Both the position numbers and the translations under genes were made by a program. The notes under the pieces are model-generated. The model was given only the letters and a program-made list of their open reading frames with translations, was not told where the DNA came from and made no database searches. From Schizochytrium sp. TIO01 (taxonomy: Eukaryota > Protista > Bigyra: Labyrinthulomycetes), in assembly GCA_004764695.1 (NCBI GenBank), contig SMSO01000031.1:2270436-2334435 (forward strand): 64,000 nt of DNA. Reading direction: 5' to 3'. Below are positions 18,622 to 28,900 of the stretch, piece after piece. Numbering within the stretch: position 1 is the stretch's first letter; each line of letters begins with the position of its first letter.

Positions 18622-20676
18622 ATGATGGACTACAAAATGCGCACGCCTCCGCGCAATAACAAGGAGAACATGCGTGATAGCAATGCTTCGACCCCGCAAA
18701 AGACAACCCCGCTCTCTGGAAAGCAAGAGATTTTGTACCTGCAAAAGGTTGAGGCTGCGGAGCGTATGCGTGAAGAGAAGGAGCGCCTTCGTGAAGAGAA
18801 AAAGCGCCGGCAGGAAGAATTCTTGAGAAAGACAGCTCAACGTCGCAAAAAAATGGAGGCTCAGCTCGAGGCCAGGCGCTCTGCAACCCGCCACGCGAAC
18901 AACATTGCCCATGCCAAGAAGGAAATGGAGATCGCTGACCTTCGCTGGTCGCTTGAGCAGGAGCGTCTTCACCGTATTGATCGAGTTGAGGAGCACCGCA
19001 AGAAGCACAAGCACGAAGAAAAGCTCAAGGCTCGCCAGCGTTATGTTCGAAGTGAGGCAGAAGACCGTCAGCGAATGATTGAGGAAGAGGAGCGCCGTGT
19101 TTTTAGATTTCAGCTTGTTGAGGACATGGAGCACGCTCGTCTCGTCAAGGAAATGCAACGCATGGAAATGATGGAGGAGCATGCTCTCCGAGCTCACTTT
19201 CGTAATGAAGCTCGTCGCCATGCAGAGGAGCAGCAAGCCGAGGCTGACCGTCTTGCAAAAGAATCCCGTGAGCTTGATGAGGCGGCATATTACGATGTGC
19301 AGGACTATCTTCGCGATGAAAAGGCCCGTCGCCGTCAATCCGTGGCCTTTCGTTTGGCTGAAGCCTCTGAGTGGAAAGATCGTCAAGATCAAAAGCGCAT
19401 GCTTGACCAAATCCTCGAACGCCAGGATCGCGAGGCCGAAGTTGCCGCGTATGGTGACATGAAGCGTTATCTGGCGACTGAGAAGAGTACTCGCCGTCAG
19501 TCTTTGCAAGAATTCTTGCAGCAGGAATCTGACACTCGTCGTCTTGAGGCTCTCGATCGTGAGGAGGCTGGTACCGAGAGCGTCGCAGAGTCGCAGAAGT
19601 ATGAAGCTGCCATGGACCACCAACGCAGACTCACTATTGCCAATCAGGTGTACATGGACGAATACCGCAAGCGTCTTATGGAGCCCCCTTCTGATGACGA
19701 AGAGGAGGAGAAAGAAACCGAGGTTGACCCAGCTCTTCTCTATGCACAAAACGAGATTCGTTCAGCCATGAGAATGGAGCGTCAGCTTGCAGCGGAGCTG
19801 AAGAACAAACACGCAGTCAACGAGCAGAAGCTTGAGGAATACCGCCAGGCAATTTCAGAAAAGTACTTTCTATGCGAAGATCCTGGAATTTCAGTCATCA
19901 CTGAAGAGGAGAGGAAGCGTCGTGCCTCCGTGAGCAGCCGTGCTTCTCTCGGAAGCATTGAGGGCCTTCCAGCTCCACCAGAGATGGCTCCCGTACTCCC
20001 ACCTCGCCCTAAGATGCCTGTATCAGCTAAAGAAGAGTCACAACATTTCCCTCAGGAGTACGGATCTAAACATTCACAACAGCAGATCGAGCAACCTGAG
20101 GCCCTTGAAAAGCCTCGCCAAAAGCCTTCGCAGCAATCAAAGCAGAAGCCTCATCAGCAGAAGCAGCAACTAACGGAACAGCAACCAAAGCAGCAGCAGC
20201 AGCAGGAACAGCAGCAGCAGCAGCAGGAACAACAACAAAAATCACAACAGCAGATTCCTATGCAGCAGCCCCAACCTTGGTTACAACACGCATATCATTT
20301 GGAGCCAATTCCTCAACCACCTCAGCTACCGCAACGGAAGCAAAACCTTAAGGTTGAGCGTGACCTGCGGGAGGTCGCTGCTCAGTCTGCAAAGGAGAAG
20401 ATCAAGCAGCAGCCACGTCACGTCGAGTTTGCAGCAGATGATGAGGACGAGGATGATAACATTGAGCGTAAAGCAACAAAGCCTTCTGCTCGTCCAAACT
20501 CAGGCTTTGACTACAAGCCCAAGAAATCCAAGCAAGAGGTTCTCTCAGACATGCTTAAGAAACAAGCTGAGAACTTGAAGAAGGGAAAGCAATCCCTTCA
20601 CAAACACACCAAGTCGATGCACAACTATCTGCGCAAAATTTCTGTACAATTTCGTGACCGCCGCGCTCTGCACTAA
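18622..20676 (+). CDS. Long E/R/K/Q-rich coiled-coil (trichohyalin-like) protein with polyQ tract; function unknown
   Basis: 685-codon ORF from ATG 18622 with strong coding-like codon bias, charged helical composition, internal repeats and a CAG/CAA polyQ segment. Confidence 0.85.
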   Translation: MMDYKMRTPPRNNKENMRDSNASTPQKTTPLSGKQEILYLQKVEAAERMREEKERLREEKKRRQEEFLRKTAQRRKKMEAQLEARRSATRHANNIAHAKKEMEIADLRWSLEQERLHRIDRVEEHRKKHKHEEKLKARQRYVRSEAEDRQRMIEEEERRVFRFQLVEDMEHARLVKEMQRMEMMEEHALRAHFRNEARRHAEEQQAEADRLAKESRELDEAAYYDVQDYLRDEKARRRQSVAFRLAEASEWKDRQDQKRMLDQILERQDREAEVAAYGDMKRYLATEKSTRRQSLQEFLQQESDTRRLEALDREEAGTESVAESQKYEAAMDHQRRLTIANQVYMDEYRKRLMEPPSDDEEEEKETEVDPALLYAQNEIRSAMRMERQLAAELKNKHAVNEQKLEEYRQAISEKYFLCEDPGISVITEEERKRRASVSSRASLGSIEGLPAPPEMAPVLPPRPKMPVSAKEESQHFPQEYGSKHSQQQIEQPEALEKPRQKPSQQSKQKPHQQKQQLTEQQPKQQQQQEQQQQQQEQQQKSQQQIPMQQPQPWLQHAYHLEPIPQPPQLPQRKQNLKVERDLREVAAQSAKEKIKQQPRHVEFAADDEDEDDNIERKATKPSARPNSGFDYKPKKSKQEVLSDMLKKQAENLKKGKQSLHKHTKSMHNYLRKISVQFRDRRALH
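20155..20270 (+). repeat. Coding CAG/CAA polyglutamine tract
   Basis: cagcagcagcagcaggaacagcagcagcagcagcag... within the CDS. Confidence 0.9.
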
Positions 20677-21544
20677 TAGCTCTCAAACTTGAACCATTTC
20701 CGCGAGCATTGAAAACAACGCACACTAACGCAATATTTGGTTTTTACTAGAAACAAACCTTCTTATAATCTGATTTTAACTCTTTTTCCATTTGTCGTCT
20801 TGACTTTTCACGATCGAAGTCTATTTGGTTGATGCTTTCTTGTTCTTCTAAGCACAAACGGATTAACCAAGTAAGAAGTCTTTCCATGATAAACGGTCTT
20901 GCAGATCACGGATGTTTAGTATGTATGTGCACAGTAGTTCTGCAGGAGCACTCTTAATGTGATACTGTGAGGAAAAAATTAAGATTGCATCAAATTTATG
21001 GACTTCACCAAACGTTTGTATCACGAGATTTGGTGTGGTAGATAAGTTCCGTGTTCTCAGGATAAGCATCTCTATAGCTTGAAAATGTCGTTCGACTTTG
21101 CAGTTAAACAATTAAAAGTTGAAACAGATTGTGCAAGATGTTGTGTTGTATTAGATTACAAAAAAATATCACCCCACCCTTCGCATGGAGTTTGATGTTG
21201 TATTTATGCAACAAGGAGGATTTTTCCTTACAGTGTTGATTCATATGTTGCCTAAATTCATCTTTGGAGATTGCCGTGCTGCAAATGGTACCAAGAAGCT
21301 CGAATGAAGAAGGATCGTGTAGAGGGGATGGGGGTGCATATGGAATGCAGAAGAAGGGGAAAGGAGGTTAAAAAAGAAAACCAATTTCTCGAGGGAGTAG
21401 ACGAAAAAGAAGATGGAGTTTGATGGGTGTCCACATATGTTTATGATTGGCATGATCCATGCGATCCTGTTGTGATTGTATAGAATTAAAAGCTCAAGGC
21501 TGGACTCTACAATTTTGCTTCCGGTTTTTAAAGCATTTGTTTAT

Positions 21545-23650
21545 TTATTCCTGCTTTACATCGGAACTTTGAGCAGAAGTTGATGGGGCGTCGCTAGTAC
21601 CAGAGCTTACAACCAGAGCAGCCTTATTACCAGTCCTCGGGCGTGGTCCATCAGTTCCCCATATCTGAATAGCGCGCTTAATAGCAGCATCGGCCACAGG
21701 CGGAACAGCGCCATACGATTTATTTTGCAAGAGCTCCTCGATTTTGGACACAACTTGGGCCTGGTCTCGTGTCATCCATGATTCGTAGCCAACAACTCGT
21801 TTCAGCTGCTTATCAATGGCACGACTAGGGCGCTGAATTCCTGCATAGACACAGACGTCGCAAACAGCACGCAGTTCCTTGCGGATAAAAATCTTAGCAA
21901 TTGTGAGCAGGGTGGCCATTTCGCCAGGCTTCCAACGGCCTTGCTGGAAGGGCCCATGAGTTTGCATGCGGCGACGGCGCTTACCCTTGCGTAGAGCTTC
22001 GACTGCTTCAAGCGCTTCCATCTCCAACGACTTTCGTGGTGCCACGGTTCCTGTTGTTCCTGTTGCTCTAGCATTGTTGTTCATAGTAGGTAGCCCATGA
22101 GATGGCAAATGTGCAAAAGTCTCGCGTCCACGTTTGTTCGAGTTGGTCGTGGTTGCAGCTGGACTTTGCATCGCCACGATTGAGCTCGGGTATTCCACTT
22201 TAATTGCAGCACTGGGTTGCGGGTGCATGATCGCAACATGCTGTTGTTGCTGTGTAAAGCCAGAAGACGGTGATACTGGTGGTGATGCCTCCATAGCTGC
22301 AGGTAATTGAGGAGTACTGTCCACGCCAACAATCGTCGAGGAGGGAGACACGCAGGGGGCTAATCCCACAGTTCTCTCATCGGTCTCGCCAGACCGAACC
22401 TCAGATTTGATATCGTGTCTAGGGTTGCTCAGATGCTGAAGCTGGAGCTGGCGGTGGCGAGCTTCGCGTAGCGCAGCAGCACGTTGAATTCTCTGCATCG
22501 TTGGGGAATGCGGTGGCGAGGATGACGACGACGAAGAAGAAGATGAAGACGATGATATTGGAACGGTGGAAGATGCAGGCAGTGCCGGGGGGGAGGATGA
22601 CCTGTGGAAGGAATCGTCTTCCATGCTAATTTGTTGCTGAGGTTGCTCCGGGTGGGAGTGCACGGGCAGGGTCCTTCCAGTGGCGTAGGTGTAGGCGCCT
22701 GCGGAGATGTCCTCGTAGCCAATGTACGGGACATTTGATTCTTGAGTTTGTGCGGCATGTCGGTGGAAAGTGCCGGCCGGTGGAGGTTCACGTCGTTGGG
22801 GGTGAGGATCCCTGCCATGCTTGTAGGAAGGCGAGGAGTAATGCTGGCGAGGGGGCTGGTACGAACTGCGTGGGTGCTCATCCCAATTAGGCTCTGCACT
22901 TGCGCTTGGATTGGGAGAGGATGTTTGATTTTCATGGTACATGTATGAAGAAGGATTGCTGACAACTGTGTCATAGTTGTGAAAAAGCTCACGGCTCTGG
23001 TCAGCAGCACTAGGGTAGTATGATGCAACTATGTGTTGTTGGGGGTGCTGATGGCTGTGAGGATGCAAAAGTTGGTGCCGCGGGTTACGGGAAAATCGTG
23101 GCTGAGGATAGTTCTGCTGATTCCGATGAGTGTCATGACGTGCTGAACTACTAGGATATTCATGTTCCTCTGGCGCAAACTCCTGCACTGGTGTAGGTGG
23201 GTGGTGATACTCGTCCCGAGATGGATGTGGTGGTTGCTGTGGTGGTTTAGCATCGTATTGAGGTTGAACCTGTTGCTCTCCCGGTTGATCTTCTTGGAGG
23301 TCAAATGCATAGAGCATCCAGTCCATGTCTGGGGGATCATCATTGTTCTGCTGTTGCTGTTGCTGGTGGTGATCTTGGTTGTCCATACGGTAGATGTGGG
23401 CTTGTGGAGAACCGGAGGAAGGGAATGAGCACGATTCTTTAGGCGCTGAGTCAACAAAAAACCCCGAAGAAGGCGAAAAGACCGCCTCTTCTTCGTCGCT
23501 GCTGTCGTAGAAGTTTGTTGTGGTGGTGGTGGAGAGAATATCGTCGCACTCGAGTCCAGGGCAGGTCTTTTGGTAGGCAAAACCGTCTATTCCTTCGGTC
23601 TCCGCCGTAAGCTGATGTTTTTGCGTGCACTCATAAGCGAGAATGGACAT
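21545..23650 (-). CDS. Q/H/P/S-rich putative transcription factor with C-terminal Myb/SANT-like helix-turn-helix
   Basis: Long ORF with ATG at 23650 or 23386 and a low-complexity, activation-like N-terminus. NLS-like KGKRRRR is followed by GRWKPGEMATLL...GIQRPSRAIDKQLKR, resembling a single Myb repeat. Confidence 0.7.
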   Translation of the reverse strand: MSILAYECTQKHQLTAETEGIDGFAYQKTCPGLECDDILSTTTTTNFYDSSDEEEAVFSPSSGFFVDSAPKESCSFPSSGSPQAHIYRMDNQDHHQQQQQQNNDDPPDMDWMLYAFDLQEDQPGEQQVQPQYDAKPPQQPPHPSRDEYHHPPTPVQEFAPEEHEYPSSSARHDTHRNQQNYPQPRFSRNPRHQLLHPHSHQHPQQHIVASYYPSAADQSRELFHNYDTVVSNPSSYMYHENQTSSPNPSASAEPNWDEHPRSSYQPPRQHYSSPSYKHGRDPHPQRREPPPAGTFHRHAAQTQESNVPYIGYEDISAGAYTYATGRTLPVHSHPEQPQQQISMEDDSFHRSSSPPALPASSTVPISSSSSSSSSSSSSPPHSPTMQRIQRAAALREARHRQLQLQHLSNPRHDIKSEVRSGETDERTVGLAPCVSPSSTIVGVDSTPQLPAAMEASPPVSPSSGFTQQQQHVAIMHPQPSAAIKVEYPSSIVAMQSPAATTTNSNKRGRETFAHLPSHGLPTMNNNARATGTTGTVAPRKSLEMEALEAVEALRKGKRRRRMQTHGPFQQGRWKPGEMATLLTIAKIFIRKELRAVCDVCVYAGIQRPSRAIDKQLKRVVGYESWMTRDQAQVVSKIEELLQNKSYGAVPPVADAAIKRAIQIWGTDGPRPRTGNKAALVVSSGTSDAPSTSAQSSDVKQE

Positions 23651-25897
23651 ACAGCCAAATTTGGGGCCTCCAAATTTGGGGGCGCACAACAAACGGGCTC
23701 GTGAGGCCAAGCCTTGCCGCTACTGCCTATGCAGGTGTACTTGTGTTTGGTTTGTGTGGTTTATGACCAGTATGCACCGCGTGCTCCACCTTTGCTGGTG
23801 GTTATTCGCACGTCGGCCTGGTCAGATCAGGTTTGCTACCCAGAACAACCTAAGCTGAGTCCCGTTTGGGATTTGTTTTGATATTTGGCCCGCGTCCTGT
23901 TCTGCTAAGATCAATCACCGACTTGCCACAGGGAAAAACGGGAACAAAACAAAATCAATTCAAACTAGCAATCACTCTTCTTCAGCTCGTGTGAGCGTGC
24001 GAGGGAGCGTGTCTGGGACGGAGTTTGAGCTTTATGCTTGCTTGTTTATCTGTATAGAGCCTCGGCTAGCTATCAGCAAGCAAGGCCCGATTGAGTGACT
24101 GGGTGGTAGGCGAATAATCAGTTTCTGAAAACCAAAGCTACAACGAATGTGGCCGAGGAGCCTGTGTCAATTTTGTTTTACTCTGTCCTGTTTCGTGCGT
24201 TGTTTATTGATCTATTTATCTTTTAACCGTTCTTCCTCCTCGCCGTTACTGGAAGGAAGACGATGTCCAGGCTAAATGTAAGACCACTCTAAAACAAGAC
24301 AAACCGATTAAAAAAACAAATCAACACTCACTCACTCAGCAGGCTGGCAGACAAGTGAACGAGGCGATCGGTCAGCAATACTGCTGCCAAGTCAGCTGTC
24401 TGTGTGTGGCGGAGGCCTCGTAACACTCAGATGGCAGCAGTAGCAACAACAATAACAACAAACAACAACAACTATAGCTACAACTTCAACTGTGACAACA
24501 GCGCACGACAAGTACTATGACAAGTGTTCTCCTCCTCTCTTTGTCTTTCTTTGTTTCTCTCTCTCACTCTGCTTCTTTCTCTCTTCCCTTCGAACTATTT
24601 TGTTCTTCCTTTATAGCAGAAAACTAAAACAAAGTTAACGCGACAAATGAGAAAAAGAAAAACAAAAGAGAGAGATAAAACACTCGACCTGTTCGCGAGA
24701 CACGTTGCTTGTACGTGTATCTTCTCAAGGTTCTCGCTTAATCTCTCCACAAACTCTGTCTTTGTACCACTCTACAGGCAGTGAGCTTCTACTCGTACAA
24801 AGGACTACTGCAGTCAATGTTACCAGTGATGGGCGTTTTCCCTTAGTGATGCTCAATACGGCACTCGGGTTGCGGGCCTAAGTTGTGCCCTGCTCTGTAC
24901 CTTTATTTCGTCGCTGCCGCTCGATGCTTACTCTTCTGATTGTCGCAAGGTGGTAGAGCTAGGCTCTCTTGAGGTTGGAATCAGCAGGTCTGTGCAACTG
25001 ATTCAGACTTTGCTGAGCTTAAGCTTGAAAGAACTATCTTTGTCGTAGGTGATGCGATGAGTTCTGCTCACCTCACGCTGCAGGTGCTTTGTGCTACCAA
25101 GTTGAGCAACTGAGCAACGGAGCAAGCAATCAAGCTAAGGAAGAAAATAGATGCCCGATCACACAGTTGATTGGTGCTAGTATTCTCTCTCCTGTCTCCT
25201 TCGTGGCCTCGTCGAGAGTTGTTGCAGTCACCTGCACGCAGAGTTGTGCTGTGCGATGGCAAATCGGGACTGCTTCTTCTGTTGTTCTTGCTCGTTTGTG
25301 GGTTCTGAACGGAGCTACGGGCGGCTACGACAAAACCGGGTCTGGTGCTCGACAAAGAGCGAACCTGGGTGGTGGCTAAAAGCGACTCCGAAGTAGTTTG
25401 GCTGTCTCTAGATCTCGTGTGTTTCAATATTTGCTCGATTGATTGCTCTGGGTCTGTTGTTTGCTGATTGTTCGTCTCCCCATTTTATTTTTGTTCTTAT
25501 GCTTATTTTGTTAAAAACGTTTTTAAACAAACACTTAATAAAATAAATGGTTTTCTATTATTTCTATCTTTTAAAATACTACTAGTAGTGCAATGAGTTG
25601 TTGGAACTAAGCCAAGCTTCCAAACCTCTTTTTAAAAAGTGATTTTAAAAAAACATTTGTTTTCATTCAGAATGCTTTCAAAATCCAAACAGACAAAGTG
25701 AATATTATCGACACGGTGGGTTCCAAACTGCAGAAAAGGATGCAGGGGAAAAGTTCACATAAATTCATCTAAATAAATGTGAAACGAGCTTTTCCTTTGG
25801 GTAGCATGAGTCAGAAACCTACTCCTTTTTGCCGTATCACATATTACCCCCAAGATGGTAAGAGTCGCAGAGTTTTAAAAATATAAATAGTACAGCG

Positions 25898-25929
25898 TCT
25901 TCTTCTTCTTCTTCTTCTTCTAAAAAGAA

Positions 25930-25985
<56 letters not shown>

Positions 25986-25987
25986 AA
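25898..25987. repeat. Compound microsatellite (TCT)n followed by (AAAG)n
   Basis: Direct reading. Confidence 0.95.
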
Positions 25988-28900
25988 CTTTGTTACAAAT
26001 GTTAAAATGAATGTTATGAGAGTGAAGGTCGCCCACTTCTTTTGCCAATCCACGCACTTGTCTCCATTTTTTCTTCTTTATAAATTTAAGTTTCTTCATT
26101 TCATAATCGTAGACAGTCCTAGACCATAACATAAATTCACAATATGCAACAACAAAAGGTTTCCAGGCATAAAATGGCCTTCGTAGGCTCCTCAAGATCA
26201 AGACTCGGTACAGGAAATGACCATACGGCCATGCCTACGACCACTTATGACGATCGCTACGCAATCAGGTTGAACCAGCCAGCAGTTTTCTGGAGTAGAC
26301 AACCATACAAAATCAACAAATTTGTAGAAACTATGAAGCTTTTGTTTTGTTTTGTTTTTGCTTTTAAAATAAGTTTTTAAGGCCTCTTGATGAAAATAAT
26401 ATAATTAAAAAAAATAGTGAATAGGAAAGGTAAAGAAAGGTATTCCCGACAACCCAGAAAGACAAGTTTTCCAGAGCTCTTGTACATGTCGGGCTATATT
26501 CATTCACGGCTCTCCCCGGTTCGTCTTTTCCCCTCGAGACTCTAAGCGCTAAGTGTTCGCGCAGTTCTGCCTGCCTCTGCTGACTTTGTTGCCGCTGCCA
26601 TGAGCCCCATGATCGATTGGCGCTGCGTTTGCGCTGTCTCGCTCGATCTGCCTTGAGAGATACCAGCGTGAAGGAGAGACAATGGACGAAAACCACGAAT
26701 GCCAACAGTAGTAGTACCTTCTACTACTAGCCAAAATAGGTAGGTACCTACTCTCAGAGTCGGTCGAGAACCATTCAGATCGAGGTGCGTGGAGTTGAGA
26801 AAGAATGTCAGTTTTGATCATTCATCATCACTAGAGCGGAAGTGGCTGGCTAAACTATGTCATGAAGAAGATGGTGCAATGCCGAATGGAGGCTTGGATG
26901 GTGGACACGGCCTCTTTGCCGAAGTACTCGACGGTGTTGGAAAATTTGCTCCGCTACGGACTGTTTGTCTTTATTTAGTAGTAGTACATTTTCTTTCACA
27001 TTTTTCTTTCAAAATTGTGTTTAAATTTAAGCACACTATTTTACAGTAAGTACCCTACTTTAGAATGACTTGTTGAAGTGAGGTGTTTGAGTTTTGTACA
27101 AGTAAGACGCTTTATACGAATAACTTCTGTGTTCTGTTATTACAGAGTCTGAATATTCTTTCAAGTGCATTTGTCATTCTAGTATTTAGTGCTTTCCAGG
27201 CGTCGGAGGTGTTTGCTTTCGCTACTCCAGTTTCGAGATACATGATCGTGGACTCCTCCACGAATCCCTCTATCTATAAGGAATGGTGTTTGTGGCATAC
27301 AACATCTGCGTTATCTAGACAACAAAATACTTGGTTTTGGGGCAACTGAAGAAACCTACAAAAGTATGTCACCAAAGTATTACGTGTAGAACAAGTTGCG
27401 AAGCACAAGATGCAAAGCAAGGGGATTTGATGATTTCTGCTCTTAGAGGATATGCAATTAACGGCAAGTTTTCGTGGACCCTAAATAACTGATGATGCAA
27501 ACAAAAGAATGAAAGTGTGACACTTCGAAACTCACAGTCCTATTATTTAAATGCAATTACTTGGCAAGCAAAAGGTCGTAGTGAGGTTGCTTATTTACAA
27601 TTTGAGCAACTGGCACTCACTTGCAGGGACAATTTGCAGAAGACATTAGAAACTTGAGCTGTGTTTCTGGAAACCTTTTCTGGTTGATAGGACTTTTAAT
27701 TCGCTGAGGAAAAAGCTTGTTTTCCTAAAAGGCCCAATTGCTCCCGTTTCACATACGCAAACCAAAACATTGTTCACTCTATATCGTACGTAGGTTAATG
27801 CAGAGATACTCCCAATGTCTCGAGGGTATTCCTATACATGGTCTGGGTCCACCTTTCAAAATTGTGGAGATAGGCTTGGGTCTCAACAACAATTTCGATG
27901 TAGTGATGAATTCGCTCGATATTATTATTTTATCTTTTGATGCCCTCTAGAAGCTAAACACATACAGAAACGTGTCTTCTCATGACCCACCAAATAGTTA
28001 TCGACGAGTATTCTTTCATCTTATTCTTGTAAGTAATCTAGAACTGTAACTTCTATATATTGATGTACTTGGACTGCTAGTCTTTCTGGAAAACTGAGCT
28101 GTAACTACTTTGACTGCCAGCAATTTACTGGTGCAGAGTGCTTAGCGTTGGCGGGAAATAGCTGGCTTATTAATCAAGAGTTCCTAACTTTATTATTAGT
28201 AATACACCTTGAAATCATTGATGCGGAGTAATGCCTTGGAAGAGAAAGGGTTGTGGAAGCTGGCTTAGCCACACGAAGCATCAAAGAGGAAGAGGATGAC
28301 GACCTCGGCAGACTGAGGTGAATGCTGAAAATGCCAGCATAAGTATGAACTGAGACTGTCCAGGAGATGCTAGCTCTTGAAAATCATGACTTTTTATAGC
28401 TCGTTCTCTTATATAGTAAGTACAACCAGATGCGTCTTTCAGTTGTATAGCGGTTTTCAAACTCCTCTTCTGTCATTGTTGGGAAGAAGTCCTTTCGGAG
28501 CAGCTCTAGAATGATCAATAATTTGAAGCGACAGAAATAGGTTTAATCTTTTTTCTTTCTATAGCGATGCCTGAAAAGAGATAGATAGATATCACCAAAA
28601 CTTTATTACAAAACATACCCATATTTTTTTTTTCAGTGAACAAATCAAAGACGCAGGCAGGCGACGCCCGGACTGTTTTTTCTTTAGTCGCTATTTTTTT
28701 TAAATTCACTTTTAATTTTTGGAAATGAACGTTCTTTTCTTTATATATAGATTATTTTTTTAATTAAAATATTCTTTGCATTTGACATTTCTGAAATGTT
28801 TCAATGTTGGATTTAATTACGTCAATACCAAAATAGTTATGACAGGGTGATCGACAACCTGGCGGCTACTTAGATAGTTCGGAACATATAAAGCGAAAGA

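Noticed and set aside
18511-19749. 412-aa minus-strand ORF
   Set aside because: Antisense shadow of the codon-biased coiled-coil gene; its Leu/Phe-rich sequence mirrors GAG/AAG codons.
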